DNA of 64,000 nucleotides from an uncultured Actinomycetota bacterium (GCA_963770565.1 CAVYQE010000001.1:480001-544000), one strand, 5' to 3'. Shown: positions 51,818 through 61,882, numbered from the stretch's first letter. The notes: generated from the letters alone by a model not told the origin. Program-made: numbers and translations.

Positions 51818-52416
51818 CCCGTCGGCGGCTGCTCGTGGCCGCTCTGCTCGTGGCGGCCGCGGCCGCGTGTTCGTCCTCGCCGTCCTCTATATCGCCGGGA
51901 CCCGGCGGCGACCAGTCGTCGCTGACGAAGCTGATCGCTACTGCCGACCTCCAGCGCTGCCCGGCATCGTCGACGACCGTGGTCTCCGGTGGCCTGCCCA
52001 ACGTCACCTTGCCGTGCCTCGGCAACGGCCCGGCGGTGCACATGGCCGGACTGACCGGCACGCCTACCGTGGTGAACATCTGGGGTTCGTGGTGCCCGCC
52101 CTGCCAGGCCGAGATGACCTATCTGTCGCGCGCGGCCCGGGCCGATCAGGGTCGGGTGCGCTTCCTCGGCGTCGATACGGTCGACGAAGCCGACAGCGCG
52201 CTCGACTTCGACGCTCACGTCACCCCGCCGGTGCACTTCCCGTCGGTGTTCGACGCGGACCGTAAGGTGCTGCTCGGCGCGCATCTGCCTCCGTCGCCGC
52301 CGGTGACCTTGCTGATCTCGGCGGCCGGCAAGGTGGTGCACACCGAGCACGGCGCCTACACCAGCACCGCGCAGTTGCAGGCGCAGATCGCGACTTACCT
52401 GCACGTCTCGGCGTAG
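51814..52416 (+). CDS. TlpA-family thiol-disulfide oxidoreductase lipoprotein
   Basis: Lipobox [12 protein letters not shown]. Confidence 0.9.
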   Translation: MTRRRLLVAALLVAAAAACSSSPSSISPGPGGDQSSLTKLIATADLQRCPASSTTVVSGGLPNVTLPCLGNGPAVHMAGLTGTPTVVNIWGSWCPPCQAEMTYLSRAARADQGRVRFLGVDTVDEADSALDFDAHVTPPVHFPSVFDADRKVLLGAHLPPSPPVTLLISAAGKVVHTEHGAYTSTAQLQAQIATYLHVSA

Positions 52417-52430
52417 CCCGCGCGCGTCCG

Positions 52431-53081
52431 ATGCAGCCTGATCCGACGAACCGGCCCGAGTGGCTGGCGCCATTGATCGACCGGCTGGAGTCGCCCGGCC
52501 GGGTCCCGTTCCTGGTCCCGCCGGCGGATCAGGTCGACGGCCTGCGGGCCGCGGCGGTTCTGGTGTTGTTTGGCGAGGGACCGCACGGCCCGGACGTGCT
52601 GCTGTTGCAGCGCAGCGCGGACATGCGCAGTCACCCCGGTCAGCCGGCCTTCCCCGGCGGGCGAATCGACCCGAGCGACGACGGCCCGGTCGGCGCGGCC
52701 TTGCGCGAGGCGGAGGAGGAGACCGGCCTCGACCCGACCGGCGTCGACGTGCTCGGGTCGTTGCCGGAGCTGTGGCTGCCGCCGAGCGGCAATGTGGTCA
52801 CGCCGGTGGTCGGCTGGTGGCGGACGCCGAGCGAGGTTGCGCCGGCCGATCCGGCCGAGGTCGAAACCGTTGCGCGGGTGCCGATCGCCGACCTCGTCGA
52901 TCCGGCGAACCGGCTCACCGTTCGGCACCCGCTCGGGCATACCTCACCGGCGTTTCGGGTCGCCAACATGCTGGTCTGGGGATTCACTGCAGGTGTGTTG
53001 AGTTGGCTGCTCGTGCTGGCGGGCTGGGAGCGCGAGTGGGACCGCAGCGTCGTCGAGCCGCTGCCGTCGGTTCTTGGCTGA
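52431..53081 (+). CDS. CoA pyrophosphatase (NUDIX)
   Basis: HPGQPAFPGG, ALREAEEETG, VWGFTA. Confidence 0.92.
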   Translation: MQPDPTNRPEWLAPLIDRLESPGRVPFLVPPADQVDGLRAAAVLVLFGEGPHGPDVLLLQRSADMRSHPGQPAFPGGRIDPSDDGPVGAALREAEEETGLDPTGVDVLGSLPELWLPPSGNVVTPVVGWWRTPSEVAPADPAEVETVARVPIADLVDPANRLTVRHPLGHTSPAFRVANMLVWGFTAGVLSWLLVLAGWEREWDRSVVEPLPSVLG

Positions 53082-54271
53082 TGGACGGTCTCGACGTCGT
53101 ACTGATCGCGGTGTGCTTGGCGTTCGCATGGAGCGGCTACCGGCAGGGCTTCGTCGTCGGGTTCCTGTCCTTCGCCGGGTTCATCGGGGGCGGCGCCCTC
53201 GGCGCGAAGTACGCCGACACGCTGCACTCGCACGTCACCTTCGGCCTCGATGCGGCGCTGTTCGGTCTGCTGGTCGTCGTGATCGGCGCGATGGTCGGTC
53301 AGCTGCTCGCAACCTTGCTGGGCGCGGCGCTGCGGCGCGAGCTGACCTGGCGCCCGCTGCGGACGCTCGACTCGGTGGCAGGCGGGCTGATCAGCGTGGT
53401 GTCCGTCCTGCTCGTCGCCTGGCTGTTGGGTGCGGCGATCGCCAACGCCTCGTCCGGCGGTGTGTCGGCGCAGGTCCGAAACTCGAGCGTGCTGCAGGGT
53501 GTCGACAAGCTGATCCCGTCACAGGCGAGTACTTGGTTCGGGTCGTTCCGACGGCTGCTCGACCAGGACCTTGACCGCAACGGCTTTCCCGAGGTGTTCG
53601 GCGGGATCGGACCGTATTCGATCGTTCCGGTTTCGCCGCCGGACGCGAAACTGGCTCGTAGCCCGGCCGTCGTCGCAGCGAAACCCGACGTCGTGAAGAT
53701 CGAAGGCATCGCCTCGTCGTGCAGCCGCTCGCTCGAGGGCAGTGGTTTCATCTACTCAGCGGATCGGGTGATGACCAACGCGCACGTCGTCGCCGGCGTC
53801 TTGTCGCCGGAGGTCCTCACCACCGACGGCCGCCAACTGCGAGCCACCGTGGTGTTGTACGACCCGCACCGGGACGTCGCCGTGCTGTCCGTGCCGGGCC
53901 TCGGCGGCACACCGCTGCAGTTCGCCGGCCCACTCTCGCGCGGCCAGAGTGCGATCGTCCTCGGCTATCCCGAGAACGGCCCCTTCTCCGCAGAGCCGGC
54001 CCGGGTTCGCACGGTTCAGAACGCCCGTGGTCCGGACATCTACCAAAGCCGTGAGGTCACCCGGCAGATCTACTCGCTCTATTCAATCGTGCGGCCCGGC
54101 AACTCCGGCGGCCCGCTGCTCACGCCGGGTGGGCGGGTGGCCGGAGTGGTCTTCGCCGCCGCCGTGGACAACTCGCACACCGGGTACGCCCTCACTGCGC
54201 ACGAGGTCGCGCCGGACGCAGCAACCGGGGTGACGGCCACGAGCACCGTTTCGACGCAGGGTTGCGATTAG
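53081..54271 (+). CDS. marP: MarP-family membrane serine protease
   Basis: CvpA-like TM domain, TNAHVVAG, RDVAVL, GNSGGP. Confidence 0.92.
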   Translation: MDGLDVVLIAVCLAFAWSGYRQGFVVGFLSFAGFIGGGALGAKYADTLHSHVTFGLDAALFGLLVVVIGAMVGQLLATLLGAALRRELTWRPLRTLDSVAGGLISVVSVLLVAWLLGAAIANASSGGVSAQVRNSSVLQGVDKLIPSQASTWFGSFRRLLDQDLDRNGFPEVFGGIGPYSIVPVSPPDAKLARSPAVVAAKPDVVKIEGIASSCSRSLEGSGFIYSADRVMTNAHVVAGVLSPEVLTTDGRQLRATVVLYDPHRDVAVLSVPGLGGTPLQFAGPLSRGQSAIVLGYPENGPFSAEPARVRTVQNARGPDIYQSREVTRQIYSLYSIVRPGNSGGPLLTPGGRVAGVVFAAAVDNSHTGYALTAHEVAPDAATGVTATSTVSTQGCD

Positions 54272-54375
54272 GCCAATATTCCCAAGAAATCCGACGTTTT
54301 CCGGCGGGAACACCGTGGGTGCTTGCTATAGTTAGCACTAGTGAGGTGCCATCGCGGCGACCGAAGGAGGCGGAC

Positions 54376-54717
54376 ATGCCCCGCATCGAGGTGACGCGAC
54401 GCGTGGCCGCCGATCCGGCCGGTGTTGCCCTCTTGCTCGCCGAGCCGCAACCCTGGGTGGAGCCCGATCAATCCTGGGCGGTTGAGGCACCACAACGGGT
54501 CGCGGACGGCTTCGACGCAGTGATCCGGGTCAGCGATCCGATCGGCCGGCTGGCCATCGGCTCCGTGACGGTACGCCCGGCCATCGGCCCGGGTTGCTAC
54601 ATCCGGCTCGAGATCGAGACCCAGAGCCGGGTCGTGGCCCGCCTCTTGAAGCAATCCGCGGCGAGTTTTCTCGACACGCTGTCGGAGCGGGCGCAAGCCC
54701 GCTCGTTCGCGGCCTAG
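54376..54717 (+). CDS. Hypothetical protein (possible SRPBCC-like fold)
   Basis: AAGGAGG RBS before the ATG; fold assignment is only a guess. Confidence 0.55.
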   Translation: MPRIEVTRRVAADPAGVALLLAEPQPWVEPDQSWAVEAPQRVADGFDAVIRVSDPIGRLAIGSVTVRPAIGPGCYIRLEIETQSRVVARLLKQSAASFLDTLSERAQARSFAA

Positions 54718-54730
54718 TCTCCCGCCGTCA

Positions 54731-54787
54731 GCCCCATGCATGGCCCATGCGTGGCGCTATAGCCCCACCGATGGGCCATGCGTGGGC
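54731..54787. repeat. Family B repeat in inverted (hairpin) arrangement between convergent genes
   Basis: CCCATGCATGGCCCATGCGTGGCGCTATAGCCCCACCGATGGGCCATGCGTGGG is related to the 32080 units. Confidence 0.75.
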
Positions 54788-55260
54788 TACTGGCCCGGCG
54801 TTCGGGTCAGTCGCGGCGGCCGGCTCGTCATCGACAGGTCGGCGCAGGCTGCATCGGCCCACCTCCGGACCCCGTCGACGTCGACCCGGTCCGTGGTCGT
54901 GCCCGCGAAGGCGGTCAGGCTGTCGCTTCCCCGCCGCAAGAGGGTGCGCGCTCCGGGCTCGTTGCCGCGCAAGGCATGGGTGATCCCCACCGCGATCTGA
55001 GCGAGGCCACGCCACAGCTCGCGGTCCGCGCCGCTGGCCTGCTTCCATACCGCCTCGAAGACCTCGTGCGCGGCGAAGGGCCGACCGGCATCGAGCAGTT
55101 CTTGGGCGTGTAGGAGCGCCACGGGTTTCGGCAGCGGGCCAGGTTCCTCGACCACCATGCCGGTGTCGTCGCGATCGAGCGGTCGGCCAAGTTCGTCGCG
55201 CGGCCGGGCGTTCTTCGGCCGGCCGCTCTGGTCGCGGTCCCGGTCGAGTTCACCAGGCAA
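54787..55260 (-). CDS. DUF309 domain protein
   Basis: ARPRDELGRPL, FAAHEVFEAVWK, WRGLAQIAVG. Confidence 0.88.
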   Translation of the reverse strand: MPGELDRDRDQSGRPKNARPRDELGRPLDRDDTGMVVEEPGPLPKPVALLHAQELLDAGRPFAAHEVFEAVWKQASGADRELWRGLAQIAVGITHALRGNEPGARTLLRRGSDSLTAFAGTTTDRVDVDGVRRWADAACADLSMTSRPPRLTRTPGQ

Positions 55261-55266
55261 CCGGAC

Positions 55267-56184
55267 TCAGCCCTTGGACCATCGCAGCAACTCCCCGGTC
55301 ACGAGTTCGGGTGACTCTTCGTGCGGGAAGTGGCCGACGCCGTCGAGCAGTCGCCACTCGTAGTCGGCGGCGACGTACTGTCCTGACCCCTGCGCGGTCT
55401 GCGGCAAGACGCAGCGATCGACGGCGCCATGTAATTGCAGCGTCGGGACCCCGATCGGCGCGGTCATTGCCCGGCGATAGCGCCGCCCGTCGGTGCGGGT
55501 GGTCGACCGGGCCGACCAGCGGAAGTACTCGAGCGACCGGTTGGGCGTGTAGAGGATCTGCATTCCGTCGCGGCAGCGTCGCTCGGTTTCCGGATCGGGG
55601 AATCCCGGTCCGCCCCATTCGTGCAGCAGGGCCGCGACGTTGGCAGCGTCGTCCTCGACCAGCCAGCGCTCCGGCCGCCATGGCAGCTGGAACCGCAAGG
55701 CCGGGCGGCTCGCAACCCGTTGCTTAGCGTCGTGGCGGAACGCCGGCACCCACCGGAGCGGATGCGGGCTCGACAGCACGACCAGCCGGCGAACCACGGC
55801 CGGGTGCAGGACCGCGAGCGACCACGCGAGATGGCCGCCCCAGTCATGCCCGACGACGATCGCGTCGCGCTCGCCAAGAGCGCGCACCATCCCGGCCACG
55901 TCCGAGGTGAGGGTCGGGGCGTCGTACCCGCGTGGTGGTTTGTCGCTCGCGCCGTAGCCGCGAAGGTCAGGCGCGACCGCGCGATATCCCGCGTCGGCAA
56001 GTGCGGTCAGCTGATGGCGCCACGACCACCAGAACTCGGGGAAGCCGTGCAGCAGGAGGACGAGGGGTCCTGCGCCGGCCTCCGCGATGTGCAGGCGGAC
56101 GCCGTTGGCGGTGATGTGCCGATGAGTCCACGGCCCGTCGATCATGACCGCGGATTCCTCGATCAGTCGCCGTTCGTGCGGCAT
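55267..56184 (-). CDS. Alpha/beta hydrolase (epoxide hydrolase-like)
   Basis: HGFPEFWWSW, GHDWGG, GHFPHEE. Confidence 0.93.
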   Translation of the reverse strand: MPHERRLIEESAVMIDGPWTHRHITANGVRLHIAEAGAGPLVLLLHGFPEFWWSWRHQLTALADAGYRAVAPDLRGYGASDKPPRGYDAPTLTSDVAGMVRALGERDAIVVGHDWGGHLAWSLAVLHPAVVRRLVVLSSPHPLRWVPAFRHDAKQRVASRPALRFQLPWRPERWLVEDDAANVAALLHEWGGPGFPDPETERRCRDGMQILYTPNRSLEYFRWSARSTTRTDGRRYRRAMTAPIGVPTLQLHGAVDRCVLPQTAQGSGQYVAADYEWRLLDGVGHFPHEESPELVTGELLRWSKG

Positions 56185-56215
56185 CGCTGCAGCGTCGCAC
56201 GTCGGCCCGGCCGCG

Positions 56216-56659
56216 TCACTCCGCGGAGGGGGTCTTCGTGCGTCGCGGGTGCCTGGCCCAGGCCAGGTTGGTCTTCACGGTGCTCGTCGTGCGGGCCGGA
56301 CCGCTCAACCCCTTCACCCGGAAGACGCCGAGCCCGCCGAGGATCGCGGCCAGGAAGGCATAGACCCCTGCCATGCACAGGAAGCCTGCCCACACCCCGA
56401 TGTCGAGGCCGGTAGAGAAACCGAACCCGCCGGCGAACGATGCCAGCACCAAGGCGAACAACCCCAGGATGCCGGCCCCGCTCAGCAGGCCGGCACCGAT
56501 CCCGACCCGGGTCGCCTGCGCCGCAAGCTCGGTCTTGGCGAGCTCGACCTCCTGGTGGATCAGCAGCGACATGTCGCGGCTCGCGGTGGCGAACAGCTCC
56601 CCGAGCGACTGCTCGTCGACCGGGGTGCCGTTGCCGCCGTACGTTCGGGTTGACGCCAT
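56216..56659 (-). CDS. Phage holin family membrane protein (Rv3669-like, chromosomal)
   Basis: SLGELFATASRDMSLLIHQEVELAKTEL plus two TM helices. Confidence 0.85.
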   Translation of the reverse strand: MASTRTYGGNGTPVDEQSLGELFATASRDMSLLIHQEVELAKTELAAQATRVGIGAGLLSGAGILGLFALVLASFAGGFGFSTGLDIGVWAGFLCMAGVYAFLAAILGGLGVFRVKGLSGPARTTSTVKTNLAWARHPRRTKTPSAE

Positions 56660-56721
56660 GTCGCCTCCAGAGGTGGTGCGTCGCGTTGCCTCAGTTGTAC
56701 CCGGGCCGGGTGAGCGGGTGG

Positions 56722-57522
56722 CTAGCCGGCCCGGCGGCCGTAGACCCGCACCGCACGCCAGCTGGCGGCCGCGGCGACGACCGCGGCTCCGGCCATGCCG
56801 ACCGCGACCGATCGGCTCGGCGCCGGCAGCTTCGGGAAGCGGGCGCGCAGTGGGACCGGGTGGTCGAACTCGAGCACCGGCCACTCCCGCGCCGCGGCCT
56901 CGCGCCGCAACGCGCGGTCCGGGTTGACCGCAAACGGGTGGCCGACCACCTCGAGCATCGGTACGTCGGTGAACGAGTCGGTGTAGGCGAAGCTCTCGGC
57001 CAGGCTCCAGTCGTACTGCTTGGCCAGGTCGTTCATCGCGTCGGCCTTGAACGGGCCGAAGGCGTAGAAGTCGACCTCGCCGGTGTAGCGGCCCTCGTCG
57101 ACGACCATTCGGCTCGCGACCACGTGGTCGGCGCCGAGCATCGCGCCGATCGGGGCAACGACCTCCTCGCCGCTGCTCGACACGATGACCACCGCGCGTC
57201 CGGCGGCCCGGTGCTCCTCGATCAGCGCGGCCGCCTCGTCGTAGACCAGCGGGTCGATCAGCTCGTAAAGCGCCTCCGCGATCACCGTACGGACCTGCTC
57301 GGCATCCCACCCGGTGACGGTCTTCGCCATGCCGTCGCGCAGCCGATCCATCCGGTCGGCGTCCACCCCACCGAGGTGGTAGACGAACCGGGCGTAGGCC
57401 CCCTTGACCACGTCCTTACGCGAGATCAGGCCGGCGTTATAGAAGGCCCGGCCGAGCGCGAGAGTGCTCGACGTCGCGATGATCGTCTTGTCGAGGTCGA
57501 AAAAGGCCGCGGATCCGGACAT
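56722..57522 (-). CDS. HAD-IB hydrolase (Rv3661-like)
   Basis: AAFFDLDKTII, VSSSG, YTDSFTDVPML, VNPD. Confidence 0.93.
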   Translation of the reverse strand: MSGSAAFFDLDKTIIATSSTLALGRAFYNAGLISRKDVVKGAYARFVYHLGGVDADRMDRLRDGMAKTVTGWDAEQVRTVIAEALYELIDPLVYDEAAALIEEHRAAGRAVVIVSSSGEEVVAPIGAMLGADHVVASRMVVDEGRYTGEVDFYAFGPFKADAMNDLAKQYDWSLAESFAYTDSFTDVPMLEVVGHPFAVNPDRALRREAAAREWPVLEFDHPVPLRARFPKLPAPSRSVAVGMAGAAVVAAAASWRAVRVYGRRAG

Positions 57523-57644
57523 GCGTCACAGACTAGGCGCCGCCCACGACCGGCGATCGATGCGCACAAAAGGTTTGAGCTCCCAGGTTTGACCGCGGTC
57601 GACCGGGGAATCACGGCTGATGTCATCGATGATGACCAGAGGAG

Positions 57645-57716
57645 CTGGTCCGACTCAACCCCCCCGGGTCGGGCCTTGCGACGGCCCCCGCTATCCCCCC
57701 CAGCGGGGGCCGTCCC
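57645..57716 (+). ncRNA. 6C RNA (B11-like)
   Basis: Two hairpins with C-rich loops: GGTCCGACTC-AACCCCCCC-GGGTCGGGCC and GACGGCCCCCGCT-ATCCCCCCC-AGCGGGGGCCGTC; canonical HAD-ssd position. Confidence 0.9.
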
Positions 57717-57793
57717 TTCCCTGAGGGCGCGTTGTGGGGCTCAGCTGGCCGCTGGCTGCGTTCTCGTCGCCTCCGATAGGTGACTATCGGAGG

Positions 57794-57989
57794 CTCCTCG
57801 GCCTTGCCAGCGCCCACCTGACCTCCCACACCGCGCCCCCAGCTCCTTCGTGGTTCGTGTCCTCCTCGGCCTTGCCGGCGCCCACCTGACCTCCCACACC
57901 GCGCCCCCAGCTCCTTCGTGGTTCGTGTCCTCCTCGGCCTTGCCGGCGCCCACCTGACCTCCCACACCGCGCCCCCAGTTCCGTCGTGG
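57794..57989. repeat. 68-bp tandem repeat, about 2.9 copies
   Basis: Units start at 57794, 57862 and 57930: CTCCTCGGCCTTGCCRGCGCCCACCTGACCTCCCACACCGCGCCCCCAGCTCCTTCGTGGTTCGTGTC. Confidence 0.92.
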
Positions 57990-58138
57990 GCGGCCCCCTG
58001 AGGTTTCTCGCTGCCGATCGCTGATCGGACCCCTGTTTCAGCGCTTTTGGTTTGTCCCCAGGTGGTCGGTTGGCGCGGGGAATCCACAGGGTGGACGGGT
58101 TGGTCGGCTAGGCGGACGTCGTACGCGAAAGTCGTGGG

Positions 58139-59206
58139 ATGTCCACTCCTCGACGGGTTGTTGTGCTGAGCACGAGCGAGGCGCTGGTGGCGACCGTGGT
58201 GCGGCTCGGTGCGCTTGCCGGGGCCGAGGTCGAAACGGTGCGGAGCAGCGCCGGGGCGCGCGCGGGCTGGCGGTCCGCGCACCTCGTGGTGGTGGGATCC
58301 GACCTGCTGGTGGTCTTGGCGTCAGCGCAGCTGCCGCGTCGAGCGGAGGTGGTGGTCGCCACCGGTCAGGCGCTTGACGAAGCGTCGTGGCGGGCCGCGA
58401 TTGACCTTGGTGCGCGTTGTGTCGTGTCGTTGCCGGCCGAGGAGCACACCCTGATGGAGCTCATCGGCGCCGCCGTTGATGAGGATCAGGGCCTTGGTAC
58501 GACGATCGCCGTGGTCGGTGGCTGCGGCGGCGCCGGGGCATCGACCTTGGCCGCAGCGCTTGGTGTCACGGCCGCTCGGGTCGGCTCGGCGGTGTTGATC
58601 GACGGCGACCCCTACGGCGGCGGCCTTGATGTGCTGCTCGGTGCCGAGCAACAGCCAGGGGCTCGCTGGCCGGATCTGGCCGCCACCCGCGGTCGGCTGC
58701 GCAGCGCCGCGCTCGTTGGCACGCTGGTCGCGCTCGACGGGCTGGCGCTGCTCTCGTGCGACCGTTCCGGGTCGGTCGAGTTGCCGGACGCCGCGGCCGC
58801 GGCCGTGATCGACGCGGCCAGGCGCGGGTTTCGCTGGGTGGTCGTCGACCTGCCGCGACGGTTCGACCAGGCGGCGGGCGTACTCGCGGGTGCCGCCGAC
58901 TTGGTGGTGCTGGTGGTGCCGGCCACCGTTCGGGCGGTGGCGGCGTCGTCGCTGGTCGTCGCACAGACTCAGGCCGTCTGTGGCGAGATCCGAGTCGTGG
59001 TTCGCCTCGGCGGATCCGGCCAGCTGTCGGTCGCCGAGATCGCCGGCGCATTGCGGCTCCCCGTGCTCGCTGCGGTCCAGAGCGAGACCGCGGTCACCGC
59101 GGCCGCTGAGCGCGGCGAGCCACCGTTGCGCCGGCCGAAAGGCTCGTTGCACGACGCGTGTGGGGCCGTCCTCGCCGCGGTGAACGAAGGGGGCGTTGCC
59201 GCCTGA
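58139..59206 (+). CDS. ssd: Septum site-determining protein Ssd (CpaE-like)
   Basis: GGCGGAGASTLA, DGDPYGGGLD, VVDLPR. Confidence 0.9.
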   Translation: MSTPRRVVVLSTSEALVATVVRLGALAGAEVETVRSSAGARAGWRSAHLVVVGSDLLVVLASAQLPRRAEVVVATGQALDEASWRAAIDLGARCVVSLPAEEHTLMELIGAAVDEDQGLGTTIAVVGGCGGAGASTLAAALGVTAARVGSAVLIDGDPYGGGLDVLLGAEQQPGARWPDLAATRGRLRSAALVGTLVALDGLALLSCDRSGSVELPDAAAAAVIDAARRGFRWVVVDLPRRFDQAAGVLAGAADLVVLVVPATVRAVAASSLVVAQTQAVCGEIRVVVRLGGSGQLSVAEIAGALRLPVLAAVQSETAVTAAAERGEPPLRRPKGSLHDACGAVLAAVNEGGVAA

Positions 59207-60354
59207 GCACAGATGACGCGCTGGTCGATCGGGTGCGCCGCCGGATGCTCAGCGCGCCGGGCGGAGTCGACGGCGGCGCCCTAGGTTCCGCGCTCCGCGA
59301 TGAGGCGCCGATGGCGGGTGCGACCACGCTGCTCGAGGTCGCCGGCACCGTGCTGGCGGACATCGGTGGCGCAGGGGTGCTCGAACCGCTGCTCCGGGAG
59401 CCGCTGGTCACCGACGTTCTCGTGAACGGCCCGGGACCGGTGTGGGTCGACCGTGGACACGGTCCGCAGCCGAGTCCGATCCGGATCCCGGACGAAGTGG
59501 CCGCCCGGCGGCTCGCCGTTCGCCTGGTCTCGGCGGGCGGCCGCCGGCTCGACGACGCCTCGCCGTACGCCGACGCCCGGCTGCCGGACGGCACCCGGGT
59601 CCACGCGGTGCTGCCGCCGCTGTCCGCGCAGGGGACCTGCATCTGCCTTCGAGTGCCACCCCGGCGGACCTTCACGCTCGCCGACCTGATCACCGCGGGC
59701 TCGCTGCCGGCGGCCGGCGCCGATCTGCTCCGGCGGCTGGTTGCGACCCGAGCCGCGATCCTGCTGACCGGCGGGACCGGAAGCGGCAAGACCACCGTTC
59801 TCTCGACCCTGCTGTCGAACGTCGAGCCGGCCGAGCGGCTGGTCCTCGTCGAAGATGCTGCCGAGCTGCGTCCCGACCACCCGCACGTCGTCCGGCTCGA
59901 GGCGCGCGCGCCGAACGCCGAGGGGGCCGGCGGCGTCTCGCTCGATGTCCTCGTCCGCCAGGCACTGCGGATGCGCCCGGATCGCCTGGTGGTCGGCGAG
60001 GTGCGCGGCGACGAGGTGCTCGACCTGTTGGCCGCGCTCAACACCGGGCACGAAGGCGGCTGCGGCACCGTCCATGCCAATCGCGCGGAGCACGTGCCGG
60101 CCCGGATCGAGTCGCTGTGCGGGCGGGCCGGTGTGCCGAGAGCCGCGGCGCACAGCCTGCTGCTGGCCGCCGTCGATGCGATCGTTCACCTGGTCCGCGG
60201 CGGTGACGGCCGGCGCCGGATCGCGGGCGTTGCGGTGCTCGCGACGGATCCCAGCGGACATGCGGTCGTCCTTCCGGCATACCGATTCGGTGCCGAGATC
60301 CTCATCCGCGGGCCAGGCGCTGACGCACTGGACCGCCGACTGGCTAACGCATGA
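59203..60354 (+). CDS. TadA/CpaF pilus ATPase; probable CTG start
   Basis: TDVLVNG, GGTGSGKTT, LRMRPDRLVVGEVRG, NTGHEG. Confidence 0.92.
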   Translation: MSTDDALVDRVRRRMLSAPGGVDGGALGSALRDEAPMAGATTLLEVAGTVLADIGGAGVLEPLLREPLVTDVLVNGPGPVWVDRGHGPQPSPIRIPDEVAARRLAVRLVSAGGRRLDDASPYADARLPDGTRVHAVLPPLSAQGTCICLRVPPRRTFTLADLITAGSLPAAGADLLRRLVATRAAILLTGGTGSGKTTVLSTLLSNVEPAERLVLVEDAAELRPDHPHVVRLEARAPNAEGAGGVSLDVLVRQALRMRPDRLVVGEVRGDEVLDLLAALNTGHEGGCGTVHANRAEHVPARIESLCGRAGVPRAAAHSLLLAAVDAIVHLVRGGDGRRRIAGVAVLATDPSGHAVVLPAYRFGAEILIRGPGADALDRRLANA

Positions 60355-61157
60355 CCGCGATCTGGCTGTGCGGGCTGTCGGTTGCGGCCCTGATCACCAT
60401 GTCTGCCCGACATCCGCCTGGCGGCCGGCTGGCCTGGTTGCGCGAACCGCCGCCTGATGGTGCCCGGCCGACGGCAACTGCCCTCGCTGCGGCGGTCGTC
60501 GCGATCGGTGGGCTGCTGATGGCGATGCAGGTGTCCCTCGCCCTCGTTGTCGTGATTGTCGCCGCAGTGGTTGTGGTGGACCGGTTACGACGGACCCGGC
60601 GACTGACCAAGGCGGCCGAGGATCGGCGCGCGGCCACGGTCGAAGTCACGTTCGCGCTGGCCGGCGAGCTGCGAGCCGGCCGGACCACCGCCGAGGCGCT
60701 GGCCGCCGTTGCCGGCGGCGCCGGTCCGCTCGAGCCGGGGTTCGCGGCCGCGGCGCGCGCGGTCCAGGCCGGAGGCGACGCATTCGAAGAGCTCGGGCGG
60801 CTGGCCGAGCTCCCCGGGGCCGAGCGACTTCGCTCGGTGGTTGCGGCCTGGTCGGTCGCTGCCGCGGCGGGCGGTCGAGTCGCGGTCGTCCTCGAGCGAC
60901 TCAGCGATGCAATGGACAGCGAGGACGAACTGCGACGGGAGCTCGACGCCGCGCTCGCGGGACCGCGGGCGACCATGGCGCTGCTCGCGATGCTGCCGGT
61001 GCTCGGGCTCGGCCTCGGGCAGGCAGTCGGTGCGCGCCCTTTGCAACTGCTGCTTCATCGTCCGCTCGGTTGGCTGCTGCTCGGCGGCGCGACGATCCTC
61101 GATGTCGGGGGCGTGGTGGCCACCAAGGCGATCGCGCGAACTGCGTTGCGGACGTGA
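60351..61157 (+). CDS. TadB-like type II secretion F protein
   Basis: LAGELRAG, LAGPRATMALLAMLP. Confidence 0.85.
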   Translation: MTAIWLCGLSVAALITMSARHPPGGRLAWLREPPPDGARPTATALAAAVVAIGGLLMAMQVSLALVVVIVAAVVVVDRLRRTRRLTKAAEDRRAATVEVTFALAGELRAGRTTAEALAAVAGGAGPLEPGFAAAARAVQAGGDAFEELGRLAELPGAERLRSVVAAWSVAAAAGGRVAVVLERLSDAMDSEDELRRELDAALAGPRATMALLAMLPVLGLGLGQAVGARPLQLLLHRPLGWLLLGGATILDVGGVVATKAIARTALRT

Positions 61158-61882
61158 GCGGAGTCGTTTGCGTCGCGGCGGTGATGCTCGCGGCCGGTTG
61201 CTTCGGACCCGCGCCGCAACGACGCGAGCGGCGCCTCGACACAGTGGTGCCTGACCCGACCACAGTCGGCGCGCCAAGCGCGGACCGTCGCCCAGCCCGA
61301 TCGTCACCACCGGCCCGACTACTTGTCCTCGCGGCGGTGGCGCTGCTCGCCGGGATCGTTGCGGTCGGCGGAATGATCGGCGTAGTGCTCGGTGCGGCGG
61401 GTGCAGTGGTGGCGATCGTCGTACGACCTGGATCTGCGGCCGCCCCCATCAACCCGGACGACGTGCCGCTCGTGGCCGACCTGATCGCCGGCTGCCTGGC
61501 GGCCGGCGCGCCGCTGCCGAACGCTCTGATGGCGGCGTCGACGGTGGCCGACGCCGCGATGCGCGGGTGCTGTGCGGCGGTGGCCGACGCCCTGCGGTCC
61601 GGCGCGCTCGCCGAGGAGGCCTGGCAGCCGTGGCTGGCGATCCCGGCCTTGGCGCCGGTCGCGCGGACCCTGGTGCGTACCACGGTGACCGGAGCCGCCG
61701 CCGCGGCCGACCTGGAGCGGACGGCGGCCCGGCTCCGGGCCCAGCGCCGAGCGGGCGCAGAGCACCGGGTCAGGCGTGCGTCGGTCTGGCTGGTGGTGCC
61801 GCTCGGGTTGGGTTTCCTCCCGGCGTTCGTGCTGGTCGCCGTCGTGCCGCTCGTGGTCGGCTTGGTGCCAGCGCTGCATTGA
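61154..61882 (+). CDS. TadC-like type II secretion F protein
   Basis: DLIAGCLAAG, VPLGLGFLPAFVLVAVVP. Confidence 0.85.
   Translation: MSGVVCVAAVMLAAGCFGPAPQRRERRLDTVVPDPTTVGAPSADRRPARSSPPARLLVLAAVALLAGIVAVGGMIGVVLGAAGAVVAIVVRPGSAAAPINPDDVPLVADLIAGCLAAGAPLPNALMAASTVADAAMRGCCAAVADALRSGALAEEAWQPWLAIPALAPVARTLVRTTVTGAAAAADLERTAARLRAQRRAGAEHRVRRASVWLVVPLGLGFLPAFVLVAVVPLVVGLVPALH

Noticed and set aside
56216-56659. Prophage implied by the phage holin family gene
   Set aside because: It is the conserved chromosomal Rv3669-like gene in its normal synteny.
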